Source: Bacteroidales bacterium
GTDB taxonomy: Bacteria > Bacteroidota > Bacteroidia > Bacteroidales > P3
Direction of reading: 5' to 3'
DNA length: 64,000 bases
Assembly (NCBI GenBank): GCA_024400505.1
Contig: JAKSMP010000001.1
Span: forward strand, 5,265 to 69,264
Positions 57,020 to 64,000 of this stretch are shown in pieces. The notes under the pieces were generated by a model that had not been told where the DNA came from, did not search any database, and worked only from the letters and a program-made list of their open reading frames with translations. The position numbers were made by a program, and so were the translations under genes. The stretch's first letter is position 1. Each line of letters begins with the position of its first letter.

Positions 57020-58294
57020 TTAATGCCCGGCCGATGGCTGATAAACCTCCGATTTGGCAGGCAGCAGCCACAAGCCATACCACCAACAGATAAAGAGTAG
57101 TCCCATTTGGCGGGCAAGCGATACCTCGAAAAAGAGGCTGCCAGCATATACGATGGTGAACAGCAGCATGGACAAGTTTCGGGGGTGGCGGAAAGCCAGC
57201 ACAGCAGGGAGCAACACGATGGCGAGCAAGGTGATGAGTCCCACGAGTCCGGTGGCGAGGGTTGTTTCAAGGTATTGGTTGTGGGTGTTGTATTCCTCAT
57301 GCAAGAACCCTTCGGCAAAATTGTGGTTGACATAGCTCTGATGCAGCTGTTGCCAATAGCCATCGCAGCCTAGGCCCAGGACTTCGTGACCATTCAGCAC
57401 TTCTAGTCCGCAAGCCCATAGCGTCTGTCGCGAATCGCCTTTGTTGCCAGCTGCCATCTGCTGGGCTGAATAAACAATGCGCCAGTAGAGTCGGGGTGCA
57501 GCCAAATAGGTGATACCTACGAAAATAAACAGCGCAGCTGCCAACAAAAGAGTGGCGCGCCATTGGTGGCGCACAAAAGCCAAATGGAGGATGCACACCA
57601 AGCACAAAGCCGCTTCAATCAAGAGACCCGAGCGAGACCCCATGATGACCATATAGAGCGAAAACACCACCATGTCAGCCACGGCAATCCAGCGCAGCGT
57701 GTGCCATTGGCTGCGGTGCCAGTTGCGCACTACGATGGGATAGAGAAAAGCAACGGCCGAGATGAGGTAAAGGGCAAGATAATTGTGGTGGAGCGGGTCG
57801 AAATGGAAATCGATGAGATCGGCCAAAGGGATTCCTTGAGCTGCGCGGATGGCAGCACGGATGGCCATGAAAAAGAATCGGATGGTGAGGGTGGCTGCCA
57901 AGAGATACACCATCAGATGGCGGCGATGGGGCGTGAGATAATGGAGGTTGCTGGCAAGGAAAATGGCAGGCAGCAACAGCAATGGCAGCATGGTGACCAT
58001 GGTTGTGGACCAAGCTTCGCCGGGGTTGGCGCTATAAAGTGTGCTGATGGCATAGATGGCATACAGCACCATCATCAGAATGAGGCCGATACGCTGAGGG
58101 CGGTGGAAGCAGGGGTTGCCCACTTGATGGGTGGCTATTGTCTTGACAATGGTGTTGATGGTCAAGGCCATGAAACCCCATAGACCAAGATGCCAGTCGA
58201 TGGCAATGGCAACGGTGAGGAATAGAAAGAGCGAGTATTCAATCTGCTCAAAGCGGCTCAAGCCCGAAAATGGTGAGGTGATGAAGTGCTTCAT
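57020..58294 (-). CDS. O-antigen ligase/polymerase family membrane protein (Wzy_C-like)
   Basis: About 11 TM helices, with a periplasmic loop containing HNQYLETTLATG. ATG at 58294 (the ORF track starts at the TTG at 58321). Confidence 0.7.
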   Translation of the reverse strand: MKHFITSPFSGLSRFEQIEYSLFLFLTVAIAIDWHLGLWGFMALTINTIVKTIATHQVGNPCFHRPQRIGLILMMVLYAIYAISTLYSANPGEAWSTTMVTMLPLLLLPAIFLASNLHYLTPHRRHLMVYLLAATLTIRFFFMAIRAAIRAAQGIPLADLIDFHFDPLHHNYLALYLISAVAFLYPIVVRNWHRSQWHTLRWIAVADMVVFSLYMVIMGSRSGLLIEAALCLVCILHLAFVRHQWRATLLLAAALFIFVGITYLAAPRLYWRIVYSAQQMAAGNKGDSRQTLWACGLEVLNGHEVLGLGCDGYWQQLHQSYVNHNFAEGFLHEEYNTHNQYLETTLATGLVGLITLLAIVLLPAVLAFRHPRNLSMLLFTIVYAGSLFFEVSLARQMGLLFICWWYGLWLLPAKSEVYQPSAGH

Positions 58295-58357
58295 GAAAAA
58301 GGGTTCAAAATATTTTTGCAAAGGTACAAAAAAAAACGCAAACCGCCATTTTTTTAG

Positions 58358-58365
58358 TATCTTTG
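58358..58365 (+). promoter_or_regulatory. Candidate -7 box TAtcTTTG
   Basis: TATCTTTGCAA lies 52 nt upstream of the ATG at 58417. Confidence 0.35.
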
Positions 58366-58416
58366 CAAGCCAATTGTTGAAGAATAAGTGAAATACAAAA
58401 TATTATAAATCAATAT

Positions 58417-59367
58417 ATGCTGATATCAATTTTGGTGCTGTTGGCGGTGGAGTTTCTCTATTTTGCTGTTGCCAAACATTTCCATATTGTGGACAAGCCC
58501 AACGAGCGTAGTTCGCATAGCAAGCCGGTGCTGTTGGGGGCGGGGGTGATCTTTTATTTTGCCGTGCTCATCTATTCGGCCTTTCATCAATGGGCGTATC
58601 TTAGTTTCTTGATTGGTGCCAGTATTTTGGCTGTGGTGAGTTATGTTGACGACCTCCGTCCGCTCCCCAGTTGGCTTCGCCTGATAGCCCAGTTGGGGGC
58701 TGTGTTCATTGCATTCCACACCCCTATATCCACCCTGCAGATTTGGCAGATGATATTGATGGTGGTGTTTTTTGCTGGCGTGCTGAATGTGTATAATTTC
58801 ATGGATGGCATCAACGGTATGCTGGCCGCATTTTCGTTGGTGGTGGTGTCCACTTTTGGCTATATTGCTTTGTTTCAGCATCCCTTTGTGAGTTTGGAGT
58901 TTGTGATGCTGGTGCTTGCCGCCATATTGATATTTGGCTTTTTCAATTTCAGAAAGAATGCACGCTGTTTCTCGGGCGATGTGGGCAGTATAGTGATGGG
59001 TTTGATTGTGCTTTTTCTGTTGGTGCAATATGACATAGCCATGCCCGACATGGGCGAGAACGTGAGCTATCTATGTTTTATCATCGTGTTTCTGGCCGAT
59101 GGTTTGCTGACCATTGCCAAGCGATTTCTCAACGGCAAGAATGTGCTTGAAGCGCATCGCGAACACTTATACGAAACGTTGGTCAACGACCTCCATGTTC
59201 CGCATCTAAGGGTGTCGGCCTCGTATGCGTTGCTGCAATTGGCGATAAATGTAGGCTATTTCTGCGTGAACGACAAGAACCTTTATACTTTTTTGGTGGC
59301 CTTTGTGCTGGTGCTCGCCTACGGATTGTTTTTCAATTATTACCGCAGGAAAGCAGGGGACAGGTAG
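58417..59367 (+). CDS. MraY/WecA-family polyprenyl-phosphate HexNAc-1-phosphate transferase
   Basis: Multi-TM. HIVDKPNERSSH, YVDDLRPL and NVYNFMDGINGM motifs. The stop TAG lies inside a heptamer array. Confidence 0.85.
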   Translation: MLISILVLLAVEFLYFAVAKHFHIVDKPNERSSHSKPVLLGAGVIFYFAVLIYSAFHQWAYLSFLIGASILAVVSYVDDLRPLPSWLRLIAQLGAVFIAFHTPISTLQIWQMILMVVFFAGVLNVYNFMDGINGMLAAFSLVVVSTFGYIALFQHPFVSLEFVMLVLAAILIFGFFNFRKNARCFSGDVGSIVMGLIVLFLLVQYDIAMPDMGENVSYLCFIIVFLADGLLTIAKRFLNGKNVLEAHREHLYETLVNDLHVPHLRVSASYALLQLAINVGYFCVNDKNLYTFLVAFVLVLAYGLFFNYYRRKAGDR

Positions 59368-59550
59368 TAGGTAGCAGGTAGTAGGTAGAAGGGAGTAGGT
59401 AGTAGGTAGTAGGTAGCAGGTAGTAGGTAGCAGGTAGTAGGTAGTAGGTAGAAGGGAGTAGGTAGTAGGTAGTAGGTAGAAGGGAGTAGGTGGGCGGGAG
59501 CCGGTGGTAGGTAGCAGGTAGCAGGTAGCAGGTGGTAGGTTGTAGGTGGC
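59361..59550 (+). repeat. Heptamer array filling the convergent intergenic gap
   Basis: Read directly. Contains a thrice-repeated higher-order block GTAGGTAGAAGGGAGTAGGTAG and one GGGCGGGAGCCGGTGG. Confidence 0.95.
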
Positions 59551-60194
59551 TAGTTCAATAGGGGGGTGAGGTGTTGGCGAAGGTCGTCGCAACCGCGGAA
59601 AACGATGCCTTGCATGCCTAGCGAGATGGCGGCTTGGACATTGTTGGGGTTGTCGTCAATAAACAGGCACTCCTCCGCTTTGAGGTTGAATCGTTGCATC
59701 AGCAGCTCAAAGATTTTGGGGTTGGGCTTGATCAGTTTCACATCGCCAGACACGATATAGTTGTCAATCAGTTGCAAGATTTCAAATCGTTCGCGGGACT
59801 GAGGGAAGGTCTCCATCGACCAGTTCGTCAGTCCGTAGATGTGTGTGTGCGGCTGTGCTTTTAGTTGGGCAACAAGGTCTCTCATGCCTGGCACTTCGCC
59901 GGGCAATCCTGCCTCCCAGTTGTCAAAATACATGGCCAAAGGTTTTGCATATTGAGGATGCCTTGCCTGATATTCGGCAATCACCTCACGCTGCGGTTCG
60001 CCCGCGTCAATGCGGTTGCGCAAGTCGGCATCGCAGATATGCTCCCAAAAGTAGGAAAAGGCTTTGTGGTCGCAGCCAAAGTAGGGGAGGAACGATCGCA
60101 CGGGTTCCCACCGCACCAACACGTTTCCAAAGTCGAAAATGATGTTCACTAGTGTAGATTGTAGCGTTTGAGGTTGGCCATTATCGATTGGCAT
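59550..60194 (-). CDS. HAD-superfamily hydrolase (subfamily IA)
   Basis: Motif I IIFDFGNVL, motif II GLTNWS, motif IV FIDDNPNN. Confidence 0.8.
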   Translation of the reverse strand: MPIDNGQPQTLQSTLVNIIFDFGNVLVRWEPVRSFLPYFGCDHKAFSYFWEHICDADLRNRIDAGEPQREVIAEYQARHPQYAKPLAMYFDNWEAGLPGEVPGMRDLVAQLKAQPHTHIYGLTNWSMETFPQSRERFEILQLIDNYIVSGDVKLIKPNPKIFELLMQRFNLKAEECLFIDDNPNNVQAAISLGMQGIVFRGCDDLRQHLTPLLN

Positions 60195-61314
60195 ACATGT
60201 CTTCGTAGTACTTCATATAGTCGCCCGAAGTGACGTTGTCCATCCATTCCTGGTTGTCGAGATACCACTTGACGGTCAGCTCTATGCCCTCTTCGAATTG
60301 CAGGCTTGGCTCCCAGCCCAGCTCGCGTTGGAGTTTGGTGCTGTCGATGGCGTAGCGCATGTCGTGTCCGGCGCGGTCGGTCACATAAGTGATGAGGTCC
60401 ATGTCCTCGCCCTCTTTGCGGCCCAGCAGGCGGTCAACGGTGTTGATGAGCACGTGGATGATATCGATATTCTTCCACTCGTTGAAACCTCCGATGTTAT
60501 AAGTCTCGGCCACCTTGCCTTGATGGAAGATGGTGTCGATGGCGCGGGCGTGGTCCACCACATAGAGCCAGTCGCGCACATTCTCGCCCTTGCCATAAAC
60601 GGGCAATGGTTTGCGATGACGGATATTGTTGATGAAGAGGGGGATGAGTTTCTCGGGGAATTGGTAGGGGCCGTAGTTGTTGGAGCAGTTGGTGACGATG
60701 GTGGGCATGCCATAGGTGTCGTGGAATGCGCGCACGAAGTGGTCGCTGCTGGCCTTGGCTGCGCTATAGGGGCTGTGGGGCTGATATTTCAGGTCTTCGG
60801 TGAAGAATTTCTCGCCATAGGCCAAGTGCTGGTCGCTGGAAGCCTTGGTGGAGAAGGGGGGCTTCACACCCTCGGGGTGGGTGAGCTCCAGAGCGCCGTA
60901 AACCTCATCGGTGCTGATATGGTAGAATCGTTTGCCTTCCCATTTCTCGGGCAGGCTCTCCCAGTAGAGCTTGGCAGCTTGCAGCATCGAGAGGGTGCCC
61001 ATCACGTTGGTCTGTGCAAAAGTGAATGGGTCCTTGATGGAGCGGTCCACATGGCTTTCGGCGGCCAGGTGGATGATGCCATCCACATGATTGTCCTGCA
61101 TCAGTTTCAGCACACCTTCAAAGTCGCAGATGTCCATCTTCACAAATTTATAGTTGGGCTTGTCCTCGATATCCTTCAAGTTGGCCAAATTGCCGGCATA
61201 GGTGAGCTTGTCGAGGTTGATGATATTATATTCGGGATATTTGTTCACAAAAAGGCGCACCACATGACTTCCAATAAAGCCTGCGCCGCCCGTGATGATG
61301 ATATTTCGTTTCAT
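60181..61314 (-). CDS. rfbB: dTDP-glucose 4,6-dehydratase
   Basis: ITGGAGFIGSH, HLAAESHVDRS, YSAAKASSDH and CSNNYGPYQFPEKLIP. Confidence 0.9.
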   Translation of the reverse strand: MKRNIIITGGAGFIGSHVVRLFVNKYPEYNIINLDKLTYAGNLANLKDIEDKPNYKFVKMDICDFEGVLKLMQDNHVDGIIHLAAESHVDRSIKDPFTFAQTNVMGTLSMLQAAKLYWESLPEKWEGKRFYHISTDEVYGALELTHPEGVKPPFSTKASSDQHLAYGEKFFTEDLKYQPHSPYSAAKASSDHFVRAFHDTYGMPTIVTNCSNNYGPYQFPEKLIPLFINNIRHRKPLPVYGKGENVRDWLYVVDHARAIDTIFHQGKVAETYNIGGFNEWKNIDIIHVLINTVDRLLGRKEGEDMDLITYVTDRAGHDMRYAIDSTKLQRELGWEPSLQFEEGIELTVKWYLDNQEWMDNVTSGDYMKYYEDMYANR

Positions 61315-61473
61315 ATCAGTAATATATGTTGTTCTTAAATGGAATAACTGTTTTGCAAATATACAAATTATTTATCAAACACTTGCCTGTTGGGATTGTT
61401 TATGACAAAAAAAGTGAGCCGTGTGTTGCGGCTCACTCTTTGTATTTTTTTTTATACAGCAAGTGTCAAGGAA

Positions 61474-63378
61474 TTATCCAATCATGCTGACGCTGCGCTT
61501 GACGAACTCGGTGAGGGCTTCGCCTTTGAGCAGACCGTTGGCCAGCAGGGCGAGGTCGGTGAGCTGGTGGACGAGCTGTTTTTGCTTGTCGGCATCGGCT
61601 TCGTTGAGCACCTGTTCCACGAGTGGGTGGTTGACGTTCACCACCAGGTTGTAGCTCTCGGGCATGTCGCCATAGAAATTCATGCCGCCGTTGCTGGTGG
61701 CTGCCATCTCTTTGTAGCGGCGCATCCACTCGCTCTGGGTGATGAGCATGGGTTGGTCGTCGCTTTCGAGGCTTTCCATCTGCACGGTGAAACGCTGTTT
61801 GTCAAGTTCGTTTTCGATGATGGGTTTGAGCTTGTCTTGGTCTTCCTGGCTCATCTTGGTGGGGATGGCATCGTCGTGGGGGATGAGTTTCTCCACGGTG
61901 TCGGCATCCACGCGCACAAAGCGGCTCTTCTCCTTCTTCTGCTCCAGCATGTTCACAAAATGGGGGGTGAGGAAGCTGTCCATGATCAGCACATCGTATC
62001 CCTTGGCTTTGGCCTTGGCAATGTAGGCGTGCTGCTCTTCGGCGTCGTTGGCATAGAGGTAGCACACGTTCTTGTCCTTGTCGGTCTGCAGGGGGGCGAT
62101 CTTCTCGCGGTAGTCGTCAAGGCTGAAGAACTGGCCTTCGGTGTTCTTGAGGAGGGTGAACTTCATGGCGCGGTCGCAGAACTTCTCCTCGGTGAGCATG
62201 CCGTACTCCACAAATATCTTGATGTCGTCCCATTTGTTCTCAAAGTCTTTGCGGTCGTTCTTGAACATCTCCTCCAGTTTGTCGGCCACCTTCTTGCTGA
62301 TGTGGGAAGAAATCTTCTTCACATTGCTGTCGCTCTGCAGATAGCTGCGGCTGACGTTGAGGGGGATATCGGGCGAGTCGAGCACGCCGTGGAGGAGCAT
62401 CAGATAGTCGGGCACCACACCTTCCACGCTGTCGGTGACAAACACCTGGTTGCAGTAGAGCTGAATCTTGTTGCGGGTGGGGTCGATGGTTTTCTTCACC
62501 TTGGGGAAATAGAGGATGCCGGTGAGGTTGAAGGGGTAATCGACATTCAGATGAATTTGGAAGAGAGGGTCTTCGAAATTCATGGGATACAGTTCGTGGT
62601 AGAACTTGTTGTATTCCTCGTCGGTGAGGTTGGCTGGGCTTTTGCGCCAAGCGGGGTCGGTGTTGTTGATGATGCGGGGCTGCTTTCTCTCCACGCGTTT
62701 GGGGCGCTTGGTTTTGCCGCCGTTGCCGTCATCCACCTCGTCAAATTCGGTCTCGCTGTCCACCCAGTTGCTCTCTTCGCCAAAACGGATGGCCACAGGC
62801 ATGAAACGACAGTATTTCTTCAGGAGCGAGAGAATCTGATGCTCTTCGAGAAATTCTTTGCAGTCGTCGGCTATGTGGAGCACGATGTTGGTGCCGCGGT
62901 CGGTGTGCTTGGGGTCTTCCACCATCTCGTAGGTGGGGCTGCCGTCGCAGGACCAGTGCACAGCGGGGGCATCCTTATAGCTCTTGGTGTAGATCTCCAC
63001 CTTGTCGGCCACCATAAAAGCGGAGTAGAAACCCAAGCCAAAATGGCCGATGAGGTTCTCCTGCACGTCTTTGTATTTGTCAAGGAAGTCGGTGGCACCG
63101 CTGAACGCAATCTGATTGATGTATTTCTCCACCTCTTCGGCGGTCATGCCTATGCCGCGGTCCTTGATGGTGAGGGTTTTCTTGTCCAGCACCACCTCCA
63201 CAGTGAGGTCGCCCATCTCGCCTTTCACCTCGCCGCGAGACGAGAGCGCTTTCAGTTTCTGCGTGGCATCGATGGCGTTGGACACCAGTTCGCGCAGGAA
63301 TATTTCGTGATCGGAATAGAGGAATTTCTTGATGACCGGGAAAATGTTTTCGGTCTGTACGTTCAAATTGCCGTTCAT
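61474..63378 (-). CDS. htpG: Hsp90-family chaperone HtpG
   Basis: ENIFPVIKKFLYSDHEIFLRELVSNAIDA ... GHFGLGFYSAFMVA. Confidence 0.9.
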   Translation of the reverse strand: MNGNLNVQTENIFPVIKKFLYSDHEIFLRELVSNAIDATQKLKALSSRGEVKGEMGDLTVEVVLDKKTLTIKDRGIGMTAEEVEKYINQIAFSGATDFLDKYKDVQENLIGHFGLGFYSAFMVADKVEIYTKSYKDAPAVHWSCDGSPTYEMVEDPKHTDRGTNIVLHIADDCKEFLEEHQILSLLKKYCRFMPVAIRFGEESNWVDSETEFDEVDDGNGGKTKRPKRVERKQPRIINNTDPAWRKSPANLTDEEYNKFYHELYPMNFEDPLFQIHLNVDYPFNLTGILYFPKVKKTIDPTRNKIQLYCNQVFVTDSVEGVVPDYLMLLHGVLDSPDIPLNVSRSYLQSDSNVKKISSHISKKVADKLEEMFKNDRKDFENKWDDIKIFVEYGMLTEEKFCDRAMKFTLLKNTEGQFFSLDDYREKIAPLQTDKDKNVCYLYANDAEEQHAYIAKAKAKGYDVLIMDSFLTPHFVNMLEQKKEKSRFVRVDADTVEKLIPHDDAIPTKMSQEDQDKLKPIIENELDKQRFTVQMESLESDDQPMLITQSEWMRRYKEMAATSNGGMNFYGDMPESYNLVVNVNHPLVEQVLNEADADKQKQLVHQLTDLALLANGLLKGEALTEFVKRSVSMIG

Positions 63379-63738
63379 AGTTATCTTAATTATTTTGTTT
63401 TTATATCGATGTTGAAAAAAATAGAGTCCTCGGAGCGAGAGAGAACCGTATCAAGTGCCATTGCAACTTTTGTGCCACACTGCAGGCGGTGACAAAATGG
63501 CAGAAAACAAGTCGTGAGTGTAGATCCTTGCCGTTCTCGGTAGGCGATATATGGTATCTGATGAGCAAGCGTCAGGCCTCCGTCTCCAACCAAAAAATCA
63601 GAAATAATCTTAGTGCAGCCCTGCCCAGGTGAGTGCCAAGAGGAAATAAAAAGTGGTGGGTGGGCAATAAGAACGCCATATCCGCGTTACATACCTACAT
63701 AAAAAGCGCACTCGTTAAACTCTAATACCCTGCAAGCA

Positions 63739-64000
63739 GTGATCATCAACAATCAGATTCTAAACGGCAAAACACTTGCCGCCACTATCAAAAACGAACT
63801 CGCCGAAGAACTGAAACATTATCTCGCCCGGGGCTATCGTCCGCCCCGCATGGTGGTGGTGTTGGTGGGCGAGGATGCTCCCAGCATGACCTATGTGGCC
63901 AGCAAAGAGAAATCCAGCATCGAAATAGGATTCACCTCCTCGGTGCTTCGTCTGCCCGAAGACATCACCGAGGACGAACTGCTGAAAGTGGTGGATGCGC
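63739..64000 (+). CDS. folD: Bifunctional methylene-THF dehydrogenase/cyclohydrolase FolD, 3-prime end off-window
   Basis: The frame reads (V/M)IINNQILNGKTLAATIKNELAEE...PRMVVVLVGEDAPSMTYVASKEKS. The GTG at 63739 is the first plausible start after the TAA at 63715. Confidence 0.7.
   Translation, partial: MIINNQILNGKTLAATIKNELAEELKHYLARGYRPPRMVVVLVGEDAPSMTYVASKEKSSIEIGFTSSVLRLPEDITEDELLKVVDA

Noticed and set aside
39725-63492. Long antisense ORFs opposite well-supported genes: 39725..40714, 43841..44731, 47886..49388, 52302..53177, 54577..55560, 55657..56754, 60298..61338, 61390..63492.
   Set aside because: Each mirrors a gene with clear family motifs on the other strand. Their compositions (rich in G, V, A, H, D and L) are typical of antisense frames, and no recognisable domains are present.
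63558-63565. CTGATGAG, the hammerhead ribozyme core motif, in the htpG-folD intergenic region.
   Set aside because: The partner GAAAC element and a cleavage-site helix are missing. The motif is simply part of a small CTGA...TCAG hairpin.
63380-63738. The 360-bp htpG-folD intergenic region, considered as a possible SRP/4.5S RNA, other small RNA or riboswitch (for example CCCAGGTGAGTGCCAAGAGGAAA near 63620).
   Set aside because: I could not find the conserved SRP helix-8 GGAAGCAGC-type motif or any other diagnostic consensus. This would need a covariance-model scan (Rfam) to decide. ORF 63390..63593 on the minus strand also looks spurious.

Overview
The gene content, the Bacteroides-type TAnnTTTG -7 boxes and the DUF4248/HU-like/WbuC/NTP_transf_5 genes point to a Bacteroidales chromosome, probably Prevotella/Segatella-like (inference). 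All protein calls come from reading motifs in the supplied translations; no HMM or BLAST search was possible.

Layout:
- (1) 1-21.7 kb, + strand: a capsule/O-antigen locus with a Wzx flippase, GT2/GT4 glycosyltransferases, at least four hexapeptide or NeuD-type acetyltransferases, two deacetylases, a PglC-like initiating transferase, an ACP-KASIII-ketoreductase module, twin ATP-grasp ligases, reductases, NTP_transf_5 and WbuC. A 2.3 kb three-gene nuclease/ATPase cassette (HNH + ABC ATPase + TOPRIM/DUF4435) interrupts it, bracketed by a 120-bp duplication of a glycosyltransferase start.
- (2) 21.7-32 kb: a defence island bracketed by a duplicated wbuC 3-prime end and decayed CPS gene remnants. 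It holds a SLATT 2TM + SMODS nucleotidyltransferase pair (minimal CBASS-like), a three-gene Detocs-like system (TPR-like/HATPase sensor, stand-alone receiver, receiver-PNP nucleosidase) and several orphan genes.
- (3) 32-39.3 kb: a conserved HU-like / DUF4248 / CHC2-Toprim primase / AAA helicase-like module. It is embedded in about 2 kb of strand-asymmetric heptamer tandem arrays (NAGGTAG)n, G-rich GGGCGGGAGCCGGTGGG motifs, a G20/G14/G17/G11 poly-G block and multiple copies of a roughly 115-155 bp hairpin (MITE-like) element.
- (4) 39.4-49.8 kb: DegT aminotransferase, GxxExxY protein, FucP, CapD-like dehydratase, a 367-bp tandem repeat, RhaM and a FAD/Fe-S oxidase.
- (5) 49.8-58.3 kb, - strand: a second glycan cluster (WecB/WbpI-like epimerase, GT4s, WbpE/WbpB/WbpA-like enzymes, O-antigen ligase/polymerase).
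- (6) 58.4-64 kb: a WecA/MraY-family transferase, a HAD hydrolase, rfbB, htpG and the start of folD.

No rRNA, tRNA, CRISPR array, integrase or transposase was recognised.
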